Made by a program: the position numbers and the translations under genes. A stretch of 63,970 bases of DNA, the filler included, from Klebsormidium nitens (taxonomy: Eukaryota > Plantae > Klebsormidiophyceae), in the NCBI GenBank assembly GCA_000708835.1. It is 6 parts of 6 records of this genome, joined end to end, with 100 filler letters (N's around TTAATTAATTAA, not from the genome) between each part and the next. Parts side by side here need not be neighbours in the genome. Positions count along the whole stretch, not along the records: positions 1 to 31,392 come from DF237759.1; positions 31,493 to 48,764 come from DF237968.1; 4 more parts are not named here. The stretch is one strand, 5' to 3'. The notes below the pieces were generated by a model. It was not told the origin of the DNA, ran no database searches, and was given only the letters and a program-made list of their open reading frames with translations. Shown piece by piece: positions 25,775 to 37,437 of the stretch. Position 1 is the stretch's first letter, and the number at the start of each line of letters is the position of its first letter.

Positions 25775-28700
25775 TCATTGGATGTGGTCCACCGAAAGAA
25801 GCTCTTCCGCGAAGACTTTTGCGCTCCCTTTCCTGACCGTCAGCTCTGAACGAATCTGACGGATGTAGTCCGAGAGATGGTCCTGATACACGTCTTCCAG
25901 CCACGGTTCCAGATACTCTTTCCCCGTGACTCGCTTGCGGCAGGCCGCCGTCCCGCAACAGCAGTCGAACGCCTCACAGTCGACACAGAACGTGGCGTAA
26001 TCGATGGTCAGCTCATCGCCCTTGCTGATGTCTCGCCTGGCCACCGTATCCAAACCCTGAAGTGCGGCAAAAGTTGAAGTGCATGAGAGGTTTATCAAGG
26101 GGGCCCTTTGGATTCCAAGAATCTGGAACTGGGAGGAACGTAATAGAGAATTAGGTGTGACCGAACTTCAGTGCCAGGGGAACTTTTGACAGGCGATAAC
26201 AGTGTGCTGAGAGGCCGGGTGCCATAAGCCGTGAGTGTTGAGGCCTTCAACGAGGTTGAAGCGCAGGCTCAGTTGAACGGCAGAACAGCCTGAGAGGATG
26301 TTACGCACAACTTGAGTACTTAGGGCGGACCATGGAGGAATCGACCACTCGTGTCAAACACAGAAGGAGACCAAAACGACTGCAGAACCCGATCGCAGAA
26401 GCTCAGAATAACACACGTTCGACGGTCAGAGTCAAGTAAGTCGCGACCTGCTGCTACCGTGGGATTTTAGAATGTCGAGGACCCAAACGGGACCAACTCA
26501 GCAGCTTCTACAAATTTTCGTGAGTTCTCTCAGCCGCCAGGGTGCAGAAAGGTGGTTTCTTGATCAGACTTGTATTCACAGCTACCTGGAATACGACGTG
26601 CTCGCTGCTAACTTCGCCCTTCAGCCGTCTCGAAATGGATCTATTTTGGAAGTCTTGAACCCTTTTTGGAACACTTCCTAGAATACGAGGCAAGGTAAAG
26701 CCGCTTGACCGCTTGATAAGTTGCGATTCAGACACGTCGGGAGACCTGGTTTCGACATACCTGGAGCCACGTGTTAGGATCGCACGAGTGGTTGATTGGC
26801 TTCCAGTCCTCCGGATTACTACTCCACATTGCTGAAACGTTCCTGGATACCGGGTAGCAGTACTGCGCAAACCACCTGTAGATAGCAGATCGACCACGAT
26901 TTAGAGCAAAGATTAGAGTGGCAAGCCATAGGCAGAGTCAGTTCTAGTCCCAACGAAGGGAACTGTGGCACTCTTCACTGTCTTTCCGTCCTCGACTGCT
27001 GAAAGGCCATTTTACAACGCGTTCTGCAAGGCATTACCAAAATCTGCTAAGATTTGCAACAAAGAAACTAATTTTTGGCTCCGAATGAGTTTTTGGAATT
27101 CCAGCCGCAAATTGCGGGCCCAAAGACGCAGAACAAGGACGATATCCTACTAGCCCTCGCCAGCGGGTCCACCTACACGGCTTCGCTTCCTTGCACGCTG
27201 AACGGGGAACGCCAAAAGCCGGCTACTCACCGTTTTTGATGCTCCGTCCACTGCTTCTCGACGTGCGACATTGAGACGAGATACGTCGCCTTCTCCTCTC
27301 CCCGGTCCACGATCTCGCCTGCTCGGATATTCCGGGCGGCGAAGAGGCCGAACCCCTTAGTGCGGTTGCTGTACACCACTTTGAACGGCTTCTGCTTCCG
27401 CTCGTGCCTCAGCTTTGCGCACCTGGGAGAACAATGGTTAACCACATTGAGCGTGTATACCGAAAAAGCACATTGACGCATTGAACTCCTGACTCGTGCT
27501 TTCAAATCATACTTGGACAATTACTTTGATTGCTGATGTGATTCAAGAGCTTGGCACACGAGCAACTCCCGATGCCATTTCGTCTGCTGTCCTCCTTGAA
27601 TACGACTGAAAGGCGTCATAAGGCCTCGGACAAAAGACCATGCCCCAATCACCGTAACTGGCGGGAAAATAGTACGGGCCGGCTTAGGAATCTGGAACTG
27701 CAAAGACTAGCAGAGAAGTTGCAACCTCTGGGTCCTGCGTCCTACGACGGCGCTCACCTCAGGATGTGGTTCACGAAGCGCTTGTGATCGATCGTGGGAT
27801 CCAACGTGAGGATGAAGTCAGCGCTTCCCATGGCCTCTGGCGGGTAAAAGATGCCGCAGTTGGGATTGATCTCTAGGAAGTAGACGTTTCCCTCGCTGTC
27901 CCCCCGGGCATCGATCCGGCCGTAGCCTGTCCCGCCCAGCCCCACAAACACCTTCTGAGCCATGTCCCTCAGCTTGGAAGCGACGATTTCGTCTTCGACA
28001 GGAACCCACTGAATGCCTTCGTAGTTGACCCATTTCAAGTCGAAGTGCTTAAAGGTCTCGCCGTCCGGAAAGCGGCACTCGACAGGTGTGAAGACGATCG
28101 GTTTAGCCGCACAGTCAGGATTCTCGGCCACTAAGATTGTGAACTCGCGACCGTCAATGAACTCTTCAACCATGCAGCCCCCATACGCTTCAATCATATC
28201 TTCCGCCTGGGTTCGAAGCTGGGATTCGTCCGTGCACCTTGACTTTTTGGTCAGACCTATGCTGCAAAAAGGGTGCGAGGTGGTGATCGTCAGATAGCTG
28301 TCGGCTGGCTTGATGGACGTTCTCGTTTCTATGGATAGGAGGGGCAATGGACTCTGACAAATTGCTTGTCTCGGGTTGGGTGACTGAACCCCTTCTGCTG
28401 CTCCTCAGAGAAAAACATTGCAGTGGTGCACTAATGAGCTCTTCGGCCATCGTAAGGGGTACTTCTTGGACAATCAAGAGGCGCCAAATCAAAGAGTCCG
28501 CCTATGAAAAGTTTATTCCGGCTATTGGTCTTGGACTTGATCCAGTCCGTTGAATCAGCCTTGTGGTAAAAGGAACTTGCAACAACAGTATCTGTGCAAT
28601 GTGCACATTGGTTTCTCATCAGCACCCACATCAGCCACCTTATGAGCTGGAAGACAATAACCTTAACACCGACTTAACCATTCCTGCAGTCACTTCTCTG

Positions 28701-29880
28701 TTTGACAGTACATTCTCTAGAAGCAGACTACTCATGAAGTCACCTTGGCAAGACGCTCTCTCTTTGTGCCACTCGATCCAGAGATCTACAGCACCTCAAT
28801 CATATAGCGCGCTGTGCATCAAGTTGGTAACAGCTAGCACCATAAACCTACCTGTTGTATCCTGCAAACACAAAAAAACAGACAGTGTGCGTTAGAAGCA
28901 ACATTTTCTGATGTGAGTTATACGGATAACAATGCTTCCAACCAACACATTGTGTAAGAGGCACTTAACACGCGTGCAGGGCAGGCCTTGCGTGCCAGCA
29001 TCATAATGACTCACACAGACGAACTTTTGCTTCCTCCTAGAACTTGGTTTGCAGTACCTACCATTGTGGTGTTTTACAATGAGAGGATACTGGAGTTCTT
29101 GACCAGCTTCAGCAGCCTCCTCCAGGTGCCAGCAGGTTCTGAAGCCAGGGGTAGGGACCCCGTAGTACAGAGCGGTCGTTTTCATGAGCTCTTCAAGCAA
29201 CAGAAAGATTGTGTCAGCTCGGTGCAACTGCAAGCACTGCTTCTTATGCAGAACAGGTTGGATTTGATAAGGCCGCTGTACAACACTGGTAAATGCGGTG
29301 GTGCTACCAGCAATTGCCTTCCATTCAAGACTTTCACACAGCCAGAAACCTTGCTAGCAGTCTGCAGATAGATCCTAATGTCTCTGCTGCGTACATATCA
29401 TACTTCCCTGGTCTACTTACCTTTGGAAGGATCGTAGAAAGAGGGGATCGCCCCAGTGTACGGCAGGTTGAGCTTTTCCAGTGCCTCCACCACCTCTACG
29501 CCTGCTCGATCCTCATCCCTGCAAGAACAGTCTCTCTGTTCACAGCTGAAGCTTACAATGAGGACTGCAACACGCCAGCAAAGCTGCACACACTAGGACC
29601 TGCCCTCCAGAGCGTTCAACACACTACATATCCTTGAAAGTTGGCTGACAACATGCCACCAACTTTTTGCTTACCATGCTCCGTCGCAGAGGTTCAAGAA
29701 GCAATCGAAGCCCCTTTTGCTGAGCTCAATGAGCTGTTTCACTGCTGTGCTCTTTCGCAATTTGACTGCTTCCACCTCATGCTCTGGTTCGAGCCAGAGT
29801 TCTGGAGCTGCGTCAGGATCAAGGCCGTTGCATGGTGATGAAGAGCCCTCGTATGATGGGTGCAACACGCAGACCTTCAT
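25775..29880 (-). CDS. Spliced ATP-grasp (D-Ala-D-Ala ligase-like) plus SET/post-SET domain fusion protein
   Basis: Exons read MKVCVLHPSY...FLNLCDGAW / DEDRAGVEVVEALEKLNLPYTGA / LMKTTALYYGVPTP...YPLIVKHHNG / ...MVEEFIDGREFT...GYGRIDAR...YFLEINPNCG (ATP-grasp) / KGFGLFAARNIRAGE / WKPINHSCDPN (26761-26875) / VARRDISKGDELTIDY...FDCCCGTAACRK (SET plus post-SET). One junction near 28260-29060 is unresolved. Confidence 0.88.
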
Positions 29881-31144
29881 CCTGTTTTAGACTTCTGGCA
29901 GGTGCTTCAAGTTGCTCATCAATTGACCTTCTGCCTTTTGCATGATATGACCTTCCTTCCAATGGCGCGAGAGCTCCTGCATCTGCTTCACCTGGCTTCA
30001 AGTTCACCCTTGCGACATCATCATGTATGCAACACGAGAGCTCAAGCAAGTGGTGAGCTGTTCGTGCAGGTGAAGCTGGGCGATCAGAGGGCAATCACTG
30101 AGCTAATTTGTCAATGTCAGCCTGGACCTTGGTAACCGGCCGGGCAACTTCTACTTGAAGTGTCCAGATTCTCCGTCGATGGGCCCCATGAAGTACCCAT
30201 TGGACGGTCGAGATTTATCAAAAAACGTCGACGTGAATGCTGAGTACCGTGTACGGTGGTCACATCAACCGGAAATGAAACCACGTAGACTCTTAGGAGG
30301 CATTCTCGATTTTGATGGTCTAACAGGATGGTCTAACCTGAATACGATCGAGCTGCTTTGGGGCTTTGACGCTTGGGCGGACTTTGGTCTACTGGACCCT
30401 TGGACCGCTTGTTCCTTCGTGATGAGTTATCATGGCCGGGTGGGGTCTGCACCGGGGACTAGGATTTACGGGGCGAGAAAGTGAACAGACGGCTCCGCAG
30501 ACGTCGGCATGGTTGATATCCCCCCCATATCCCCGGTTGCGTTCAAGTGAGTTCTGTTCATTTTGCTGATCCGCATCGAATTGCATGGACATGCCGAGTC
30601 CAAGGGTGAATACCAGTAGTAACCTTAGGTGAAACTTTAGTGAAAAGTTTAGGTAAAAGTCTCGTTCAAGTTTTACTCCACAACTTACATATCTGATCGA
30701 AGAAGCTCCGGCAGCAATGTGCAAGCGTGATTCCATGCACATGCGACGGTCACTCACGTTGTCCGGCCGACCATCTTGACGAATGTATGTTCAAAGTATT
30801 TCGCACATTATTGATCATCATTTCAAACCTTAATAGTTGCGATCGAGGGATAGCAGCGAACTAATACCGATCATGGCGTAAGTTCGGAACTCATTGATTA
30901 CTGCGTGGTACCACGTATGCCATGGAAGCCTATATATGGCCCGTGGCGGCTACGGCGTTTTGGAAAGAGAACGACGATTAAGAAAAAGTTAAGACCCGGT
31001 TAGTTAACTTCTTCTTCAAACACAACTTAATGCATGCAATTGATCATTGAGTTCTGATGCAAGCTCTGTACTCCCAAATAAACTTCATGCAATCGAAGGG
31101 CGAAAAGTATGGCCGAATGGTGAACCGATCAAAGGGTGTTATCA

Positions 31145-31392
31145 CACGGGACCCCTACGGCGCGACGCGCCGGATCGGTATATTCCGAGGTAATACTTCG
31201 GTCCGACCGTGCCCCGACCAAGGTTTCACCGAATTTTCGACCTCCGTGAAGTCGGTAATTCCTCGGTACCCGGTCGGTTTTGTAATGTGCGGGAAAACCA
31301 AATTGCGACTGTGAAATGTACGGCGCCCGCGTACCGGTAGTACGTACTGTACCACGGTTTGTACGTTTCTTCAATCTAACAGTACAGTAGTA
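31145..31392 (+). mobile_element. Left end of a CAC-terminal TIR element, same family as 49981-50883, truncated by a gap
   Basis: Starts CACGGGACCCCTACGGCGCGACGCGC, nearly identical to the 49981 TIR, and is followed by CCGA/TCGG-rich subterminal sequence. Confidence 0.7.
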
Positions 31393-31492
31393 NNNNNNNN
31401 NNNNNNNNNNNNNNNNNNNNNNNNNNNNNNNNNNNNTTAATTAATTAANNNNNNNNNNNNNNNNNNNNNNNNNNNNNNNNNNNNNNNNNNNN
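31393..31492. other. Scaffold gap (44 N + TTAATTAATTAA + 44 N); the same construct occurs at 48765-48864, 53492-53591, 56751-56850 and 61915-62014
   Basis: Identical 100-nt construct five times. The 12-mer gives stops in all six frames, so it is an assembly linker. Confidence 0.97.
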
Positions 31493-31687
31493 TGTTCAGC
31501 GCCGCTTCACTTTGCGATATTTAGCAACAGCCCTTTCATAAAGTCGGGTATCTGCTATGTTCTCACGATTCAGAGTGAACTGGTGGCTTAGATACAGGCC
31601 AAGAACCGTCACTAAGCTGGTGAGCACGGCAAATAGTCCAGCTACAATTGCCGTTATGACGGGGACCCAAGGTGTTAGTTGAGCCAT
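31493..31687 (-). CDS. Short ORF with an N-terminal transmembrane helix, running into the gap
   Basis: MAQLTPWVPVITAIVAGLFAVLTSLVTVLGLYL...; no homology recognised. Confidence 0.3.
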
Positions 31688-31999
31688 CTGCCTTGTGACA
31701 TTAGAATCTTGCCAAGATCTTGGAGGGTGGTCGCAGGTTAAAAATGCATGTGACCGCTGTATTGCATGGAACCACACAGATGCCTTCCTGGAGCCGTCTT
31801 CAAGCCATCCCTTATCTAACCAGCACTTCCATCTGCATTTAACTCACCGTCGATAGAGATAACAATCCTTGCAGTGTATCTTGACTTGGTCGGTTTGTGC
31901 CCGTGGCTAGCTGCAGACCTAAGCCGTCGTTAACTGTAGATCCCAATCCTCATCTTCGACCGACCAGTCTTTAACGTAACCCTGCAATCGAGCCAAATA

Positions 32000-32304
32000 C
32001 CGTAGTGGCACGGGAATCCGCGGTCTGGCGCTGCGAATAGTTATTTTCGATCTTTCTACATTTTCGCGGGCAACTTGAGCAAATTTTCACATTTTCGCGG
32101 GCAACTTGAGCAAATTTTCACATTTTCGCGGTCAGCCTATAAGCACCCAAACTAGGGCTTATTTCCTTAACTTCGGGCCTTTTCTGCTTGCTGCTGTCAG
32201 TCTCTAATTTGTCGACATTTTCGCGGACTGGGTCCGCATTTTACCGTTTTTTTCGCGTCGCTCCTTTTCGGATTATTTTCCCGCGAATTCCCATGCCACT
32301 ACGG
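32000..32304. mobile_element. Tc1/mariner-type MITE (305 bp, TA target duplication) with internal 31-bp tandem repeats
   Basis: TA|CCGTAGTGGCACGGGAATCCGCGG ... CCGCGAATTCCCATGCCACTACGG|TA (22/24 TIR identity). ACATTTTCGCGGGCAACTTGAGCAAATTTTC occurs twice plus a partial copy at 32058-32131. Confidence 0.85.
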
Positions 32305-32796
32305 TAGTCTTCCAGACCGGAACATGATGTCCCGTTTAACTGTGACTGGTTCTACAAAGCCTATCGCTGCGGAAAAACAGGAAACCCCGTCAGCTCAGGG
32401 GCCGTAATAAAATTGAAATGTCGACCCTCCCCCGCCCACCCAAACGGAAAATCTCGGAAAAACGCGAGTAACCAACATACTTTACGATTGAAAATGGACC
32501 ATACAAACCCTCTTCGACTCCCCCGAGATCGGAAGTGGGCTAGTTGAAGTCCGTCTTCACTAGCCTGCACGGGGGCATGCTAGTGCTTCACAGACCCATT
32601 ACAATCCCAAGAACGACCCTGAGCGTCCTCCAACGCCTTTTCTGTGAATTGCGCCTCTGTTTTGCTGCGCTTCTGCTTGAGCTGTGCAATGAAAGAGAAG
32701 CTGCCCTCTCCTTTTTCAAATAGTTACATGAATGATAGAACAAGTTCCAGTTGAAATGCCACAGTGGAATGAACCTCATGTGCAAAGAAAGATCTG

Positions 32797-33303
32797 TCAA
32801 AACCCCTTCTTTTGTTCACCCAAGGCCTCTCCTGCTGCCAGCTCTGAGTGCGTCTTGTTTGATGTAGTGACGAAAGGGTCGTCCCTGGCCCGCGAATATG
32901 CTGGGAGGTCTATCGGCACGAACGGCGAGATCCTGCGGTCTCGTGACCTCTTCCGTAAGTACATCACACACAGTGCAACGATGACACTCGTGAAGGCAAA
33001 GAGTGGGAGGAGCTGTTCAAAGGACAAACCCCACTGAAAGAAGGGGACAATGGCCTTGACGAAGCCCACCCCCTTTTGGAAGAGATTGCCCTGGCCCTCT
33101 GCTTGCACTCTTGTGACAGTCCCCACCGTTTCTACTGTGCGCAGAGGGGGGATCACTGGACGGGGCGTGGCGCTGGGGGGCGGGTCCGGCTCTGCAGCGA
33201 CTATCTTGCTGAATCGGTTGATCAGTTGCCGTCCCGGTTCCATCCTCGGCGAGGGCCCAGCGTTCAAGGCCCTCCTGCTGGCTGCTCGGATGTGCTCCAT
33301 CAT
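32797..33303 (-). CDS. Viral hypothetical membrane protein, 168 aa
   Basis: ATG-initiated, one TM helix (LLPLFAFTSVIVALCVMYL) followed by a basic stretch, 22 bp from the neighbouring viral ORF. Confidence 0.7.
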   Translation of the reverse strand: MMEHIRAASRRALNAGPSPRMEPGRQLINRFSKIVAAEPDPPPSATPRPVIPPLRTVETVGTVTRVQAEGQGNLFQKGVGFVKAIVPFFQWGLSFEQLLPLFAFTSVIVALCVMYLRKRSRDRRISPFVPIDLPAYSRARDDPFVTTSNKTHSELAAGEALGEQKKGF

Positions 33304-33325
33304 CTACTGTATTGTGGCTCTAATT

Positions 33326-35167
33326 TTATCCATTGGTTGGCTTGCGGCCACTGTACACGTCTGTGATGCTGAGGGCGTACGGGTTGTTTGCTAGCTGTCT
33401 CTTTGCCATTTCCAGGTCCGAAAACCTCGAGTGGGGCGTCTCAGCTGGCTGCTTGTAAGAGGTGAGCTCCCCCAACTCTCGAGAGTATGCGACTCTCTGA
33501 TCGGTAGGGAGCCCCTCTCGCGTGACGAGCCCTGGTGGCTTGTGCCTCGTGTCTCCTCCGATTGTTGCGGCGCTCATCATGCCAGTCAGCCGTGCTTGGG
33601 GCCCGGGGCCTTGAGAGCGGTCTGCTCTTGGTGGTGGCAGCTCAACTCTGCCAAAGTTTGGGCCCCGTGGGTTAGGCCCCAGCTTGTTTCCCGCGTAGCT
33701 GGTGTCTCCCAGCGTGGCCCGTTCCGTCTGGCGCACCTTCCTGCCGTCTTCTCCCATCCAGTCCCTCTTGACCTGCCTCGTGTGGGCCCCCACAGGATTG
33801 CCCGCATACCCCTCGCCTACTGCCTTTGAGCGCAGCGTGCTCCTGAGCACGGCACCATCACGGACTTCCCCCTTTGCTGCAGCAGTGGTGTGACGGCTAG
33901 CATTGATGCTCAGTGCGTTCTTGGTGTAACTGTCAGAGACTTGACGAAGGGTCCTCGGTCGAACCATCTCTCCAATCGACCCAATGTGCTCCTCACCCAC
34001 CGCTGATGCCATGTTTGCAAAGCCATGATCGCCCAGCAGGACCTCCCTCTTGCCTGCCCGGTGCGTGTTTGTGCCATCGGCATAACCCCCAGGGCCGACC
34101 ACACCTGCATAGTTGACACCTGCAGAAGAGGCAAAGAACGCGTTTGGATCCACGTTCCTGGGGCGCCCGTCCCTCTGCCATGTGTCAAACCTCTGTATGG
34201 TGGCGCTCGCGTCCGACCTGCCCGGCGGCCCTGGTAAGTTTGTGATTGGGACAGACCTGCTCTGCTCCTGCATCGTGGAGAGAACGTCAGGGCGCAGCAT
34301 CTTGCCGACATAAGGGGCGGAAGTTGCAACACCGGGCCTCTTCCTCCCCACATCCATCGACGTCTTTGGAGCCTTGTGCGATGGCACTGCATCGTACCGC
34401 GTTGGGCCTTCGGTGATTGGTTGCCCCCCAACAATCAGCCCCCCTGGCAAGTTGTTCCGATACTGCCCCACGTTGTCGGGCATTATGCGGAGGAAGGGGT
34501 GGAACCCGCCGGAAGGAGGTGCGTCGGGTGGAAGGCCGATGCCGGGGCCAACAATTTGACTCTGTAAGGGGGCTTCGTTGTTCCTGAATGCGCTCACCGT
34601 AATGTGCTCGAGCTGTGCATCTCTTGCGTCTACCATGTTTGCCCCCGTGTTGACGTTCGGGGTGGGCTTAAAGAGGGCGCCGGGCGGCTCATGCGCGTCC
34701 CTGTGGCCGAGAGGGTCCGATCCGGTGAAGCTTTCAATCCGACTCCTGCTGTTTGCATCGCTGTGGAACTGCGACTTGCTGCTCCGGAAGAAGGGAGCCG
34801 TGGGGGCGCCGTCACCAAAACGGACCATCTTAACCGGCCCTCTCACAACGTCTACCCCTGCGGCACGCCGTTCCTCACGGAGCGGCACTGCATGGGCGCT
34901 CATTGCGTCCACACATGCCCTCTCAACACCTTGGATGCTGTCAAAATTCGATACGTTTGGTTGACAAAAGGCATTTGGTTGCAGGTACATGGAGACCCTG
35001 GGGTTCTCCATCGAATTCATGCCGTGTGCGTGCCGTGGGTCGTATATATACCTCGCGTCCTCCGGCAGCCTGTACTCTTCGGGGACAGGTTCCTCGAGGG
35101 TGCGCTGCTTCCGTTCAAAGTTGAGGAGTCCCAAGGTGGCCAGCCCTCCGATGATGGCCAACTCCAT
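33326..35167 (-). CDS. Conserved NCLDV virion-type protein, 613 aa (family seen in prasino-, chloro- and mimivirid genomes; DUF5899-like from memory)
   Basis: N-terminal hydrophobic MELAIIGGLATLGLL; motifs PFFRSSKSQ...ESFTG, ALFKPTPN and FRNNEAPLQSQIVGPGIG...GGFHPFLRIMP. Intact and intronless. Confidence 0.75.
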   Translation of the reverse strand: MELAIIGGLATLGLLNFERKQRTLEEPVPEEYRLPEDARYIYDPRHAHGMNSMENPRVSMYLQPNAFCQPNVSNFDSIQGVERACVDAMSAHAVPLREERRAAGVDVVRGPVKMVRFGDGAPTAPFFRSSKSQFHSDANSRSRIESFTGSDPLGHRDAHEPPGALFKPTPNVNTGANMVDARDAQLEHITVSAFRNNEAPLQSQIVGPGIGLPPDAPPSGGFHPFLRIMPDNVGQYRNNLPGGLIVGGQPITEGPTRYDAVPSHKAPKTSMDVGRKRPGVATSAPYVGKMLRPDVLSTMQEQSRSVPITNLPGPPGRSDASATIQRFDTWQRDGRPRNVDPNAFFASSAGVNYAGVVGPGGYADGTNTHRAGKREVLLGDHGFANMASAVGEEHIGSIGEMVRPRTLRQVSDSYTKNALSINASRHTTAAAKGEVRDGAVLRSTLRSKAVGEGYAGNPVGAHTRQVKRDWMGEDGRKVRQTERATLGDTSYAGNKLGPNPRGPNFGRVELPPPRADRSQGPGPQARLTGMMSAATIGGDTRHKPPGLVTREGLPTDQRVAYSRELGELTSYKQPAETPHSRFSDLEMAKRQLANNPYALSITDVYSGRKPTNG

Positions 35168-35191
35168 GTGCTTACTCTATCTATAATACAA

Positions 35192-35677
35192 TTATTGCGT
35201 GGCTGCGTCCTTTAGGAGGAGGCGCGTGTCGAGGGCTCGATCAGGCTCCCGGTTGGGCATGAGCTGGGGGTTGCAAGGGCCGAGCCATTGAGGCCCGATT
35301 CGTTCCACCTCGATGCCCACAGTGTCACCTCTCTGAGATTGGCGGAAGCGGTGGATGGGTGGGATCATGCCTCGGACTGGCATGCGACGCCGGGGCTCTG
35401 CTGTCGACGTTGGTGGCAGCTGTGCCAATCCTGGCTTGACTGTCTCCCTGAAGAGGCCCCGGAGGCGGGAGTCGACGTCGATCCCCGGGCGGTCAGGATA
35501 GACGCTGGTACAGGTGAGCCCAGAGTCGACATCATCATATGGGCAGGGGCTGTTTGCGGGAGTGGGGAGGGGGCTCAAAAAGTACTCTCCGGGCTTGGTT
35601 GACTGGATGACTGCTTGTTCGAGTGCGTATTTGATCCGGACCTGCCCACTGTTCATGTCCCTTATGTACTGTTGCAT
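35192..35677 (-). CDS. Small conserved NCLDV protein, 161 aa (minor-capsid-like)
   Basis: IDVDSRLRGL and C-terminal DTRLLLKD motifs resemble small conserved giant-virus proteins; intact. Confidence 0.6.
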   Translation of the reverse strand: MQQYIRDMNSGQVRIKYALEQAVIQSTKPGEYFLSPLPTPANSPCPYDDVDSGLTCTSVYPDRPGIDVDSRLRGLFRETVKPGLAQLPPTSTAEPRRRMPVRGMIPPIHRFRQSQRGDTVGIEVERIGPQWLGPCNPQLMPNREPDRALDTRLLLKDAATQ

Positions 35678-35704
35678 TTATTATTTGAGCAAGCTGCGCA
35701 CTCC

Positions 35705-37351
35705 TCAGTCAGATTGAGGCTCCTCTTCCTCGCCGCCATCTTCAAGTCCTTGCACGGCTACTTGCCGCCACTTGTAGCCTTTAAGAATTGAGCCTTCGGC
35801 TAGTGCACGCTTCAATGAAGCTCGTGCAATCCTCATTGTCTTCTGAACGCTCTGGATTGATGCAAAGCGCTTCAAGACATCGTTTGTTAGTGCATGAATC
35901 TGCTCGATCATCATCCCATTCGAGCGCACTCGCTCGGCATGCAAGGTGCAGCGAGACAAATACTCGTTCCTCAGATGCTCATCACACTCGTACCAAGGGC
36001 AGAAGTAGTGGCCTCCAGACTTGGTCCCTTTCTTGATTGCTGTACTAATTGCAGCCATTCCACTAAACTGCCTGTCCTCTGCAGCCTCCTTCATGTCTTT
36101 AAAAACTTTGACAATATGGCTTCTGTCAAGGGCAATCATGGCCAAAAGACCCTTCTTACTGGTTCTGCTTATCACTGTGTCACCAATGTCCTGCACGGTG
36201 TCATCAGGTAGAGTCCTGTCCAGCTTCGCCCAGCGGAAACCCTGGTAAATTGTCCGCTTGTCGATGGCGATCCTGATCAAGTTGGCTGCAGGAGCAGCCC
36301 CCTCAGCCTGCCTTGCTGCTTCAGCGCACCCTGGATAGGTTGCAAGAAGCTACTTACCATCACTCGAGTATCTCTGGATCTTGTCCCCACGTCTCTGTGT
36401 ATAACGACGGTCGTCTGGCGGAGTGTAATATGGGATGGGTTCCTTGACTTCTGTGCCAGTGAGGTTGCTTTGCAGCAGGCTGTTCTTGTAGCGTAAAAGC
36501 TCAAGCTCTACGAGCTGCTCCGTTGTTGCACGATCATTATAAGTTGTCTGATGTCGCTTTGCAATCTGGACAGCAAGTTCCACTTGCTCAGAATTCATCT
36601 TGAACACCTCCCGGTTCGAGTAGTGCCCGTTATGGATAGGTTGCTTGTACACGTGCTCAGCAATGCGTGGATGCCCTTGCAGGAACTCCTCGAACTGGCG
36701 GTACAAGCTGACCTGGAAGACCTCAAAGATCTGCATTGCTCCAAACTCTCTCTCCAAGCCTACTGCACGGTCCTTGAGGTCCTTCGTACTCCCAATCTTG
36801 ATCAAAGACTTGGAATTTGGCTCGTCCCGTATCTTGCCAAAGTACACCAGACAGTCCCCCTTCTTGAAAGCATTGATGAGGGTGGTATGTCGAGCAGCAT
36901 CCGTTGCTGCCTTTGAAACCTTTGCCTGCTCAACAAGAAGCTCTTCAATCTTCTGTGCTGCCGCTGCTTCTGCAAGGCGTGTAGCTTCCTTGGCCTCGTA
37001 CACTGCAGCCTCTAGATCGTAGTGGCCCTTCTGACGGATCGTCTCGATCACCTGTACCACCCACTTCTGGAACGGTCTTGCTGCTGGCTTGCGGGACTGC
37101 ATGAGCAGGCGGTACAACCCACGCTCCGTCAGGTAGGTCGTCTCTTGCATACCACCGAGGGAGTCAACGGTCTTTACGACCTTCTCGTCCTCATCATAGC
37201 TTTGGAGTGTTGCCCGGATGTTGGTCATGCCCAGCACCGTGCCAATGTCATTTGCCTTGAACATAGGTCGCATGCCATCCCACACGATGTCCACTTTGTA
37301 GCTGGTGCCATCCATCACAAAGGCCTTGAGAACGTCGAGCTCGTGTACCAT
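35705..37351 (-). pseudogene. Bro-N + GIY-YIG/T5orf172-like + NUMOD1-repeat gene interrupted by one in-frame TAG (36350-36352)
   Basis: Bro-N: PMFKANDIGTVLG...YLTERGLYRLLMQSRKPAARPFQKWV. Nuclease-like: VYFGKI...IKIGSTKDL. NUMOD1-like: KIQRYSSDGK*LLATYPGCAEAAR and MIEQIHALTNDVLKRFASIQ. ORFs 36350-37351 and 35705-36280 are in the same frame. Confidence 0.85.
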
Positions 37352-37437
37352 GTTTGCTTGTTACCTCAGTCCGTGGTTAAAAACAACGGTATTTAAACGC
37401 GCCTCCTTAGCCACCCGGTCTCTGCTGCTGGCCGGTT

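Noticed and set aside
31437-31448. TTAATTAATTAA palindrome repeated five times in the window
   Set aside because: Always centred in 100-nt N gaps; an artificial six-frame-stop assembly linker, not biology.
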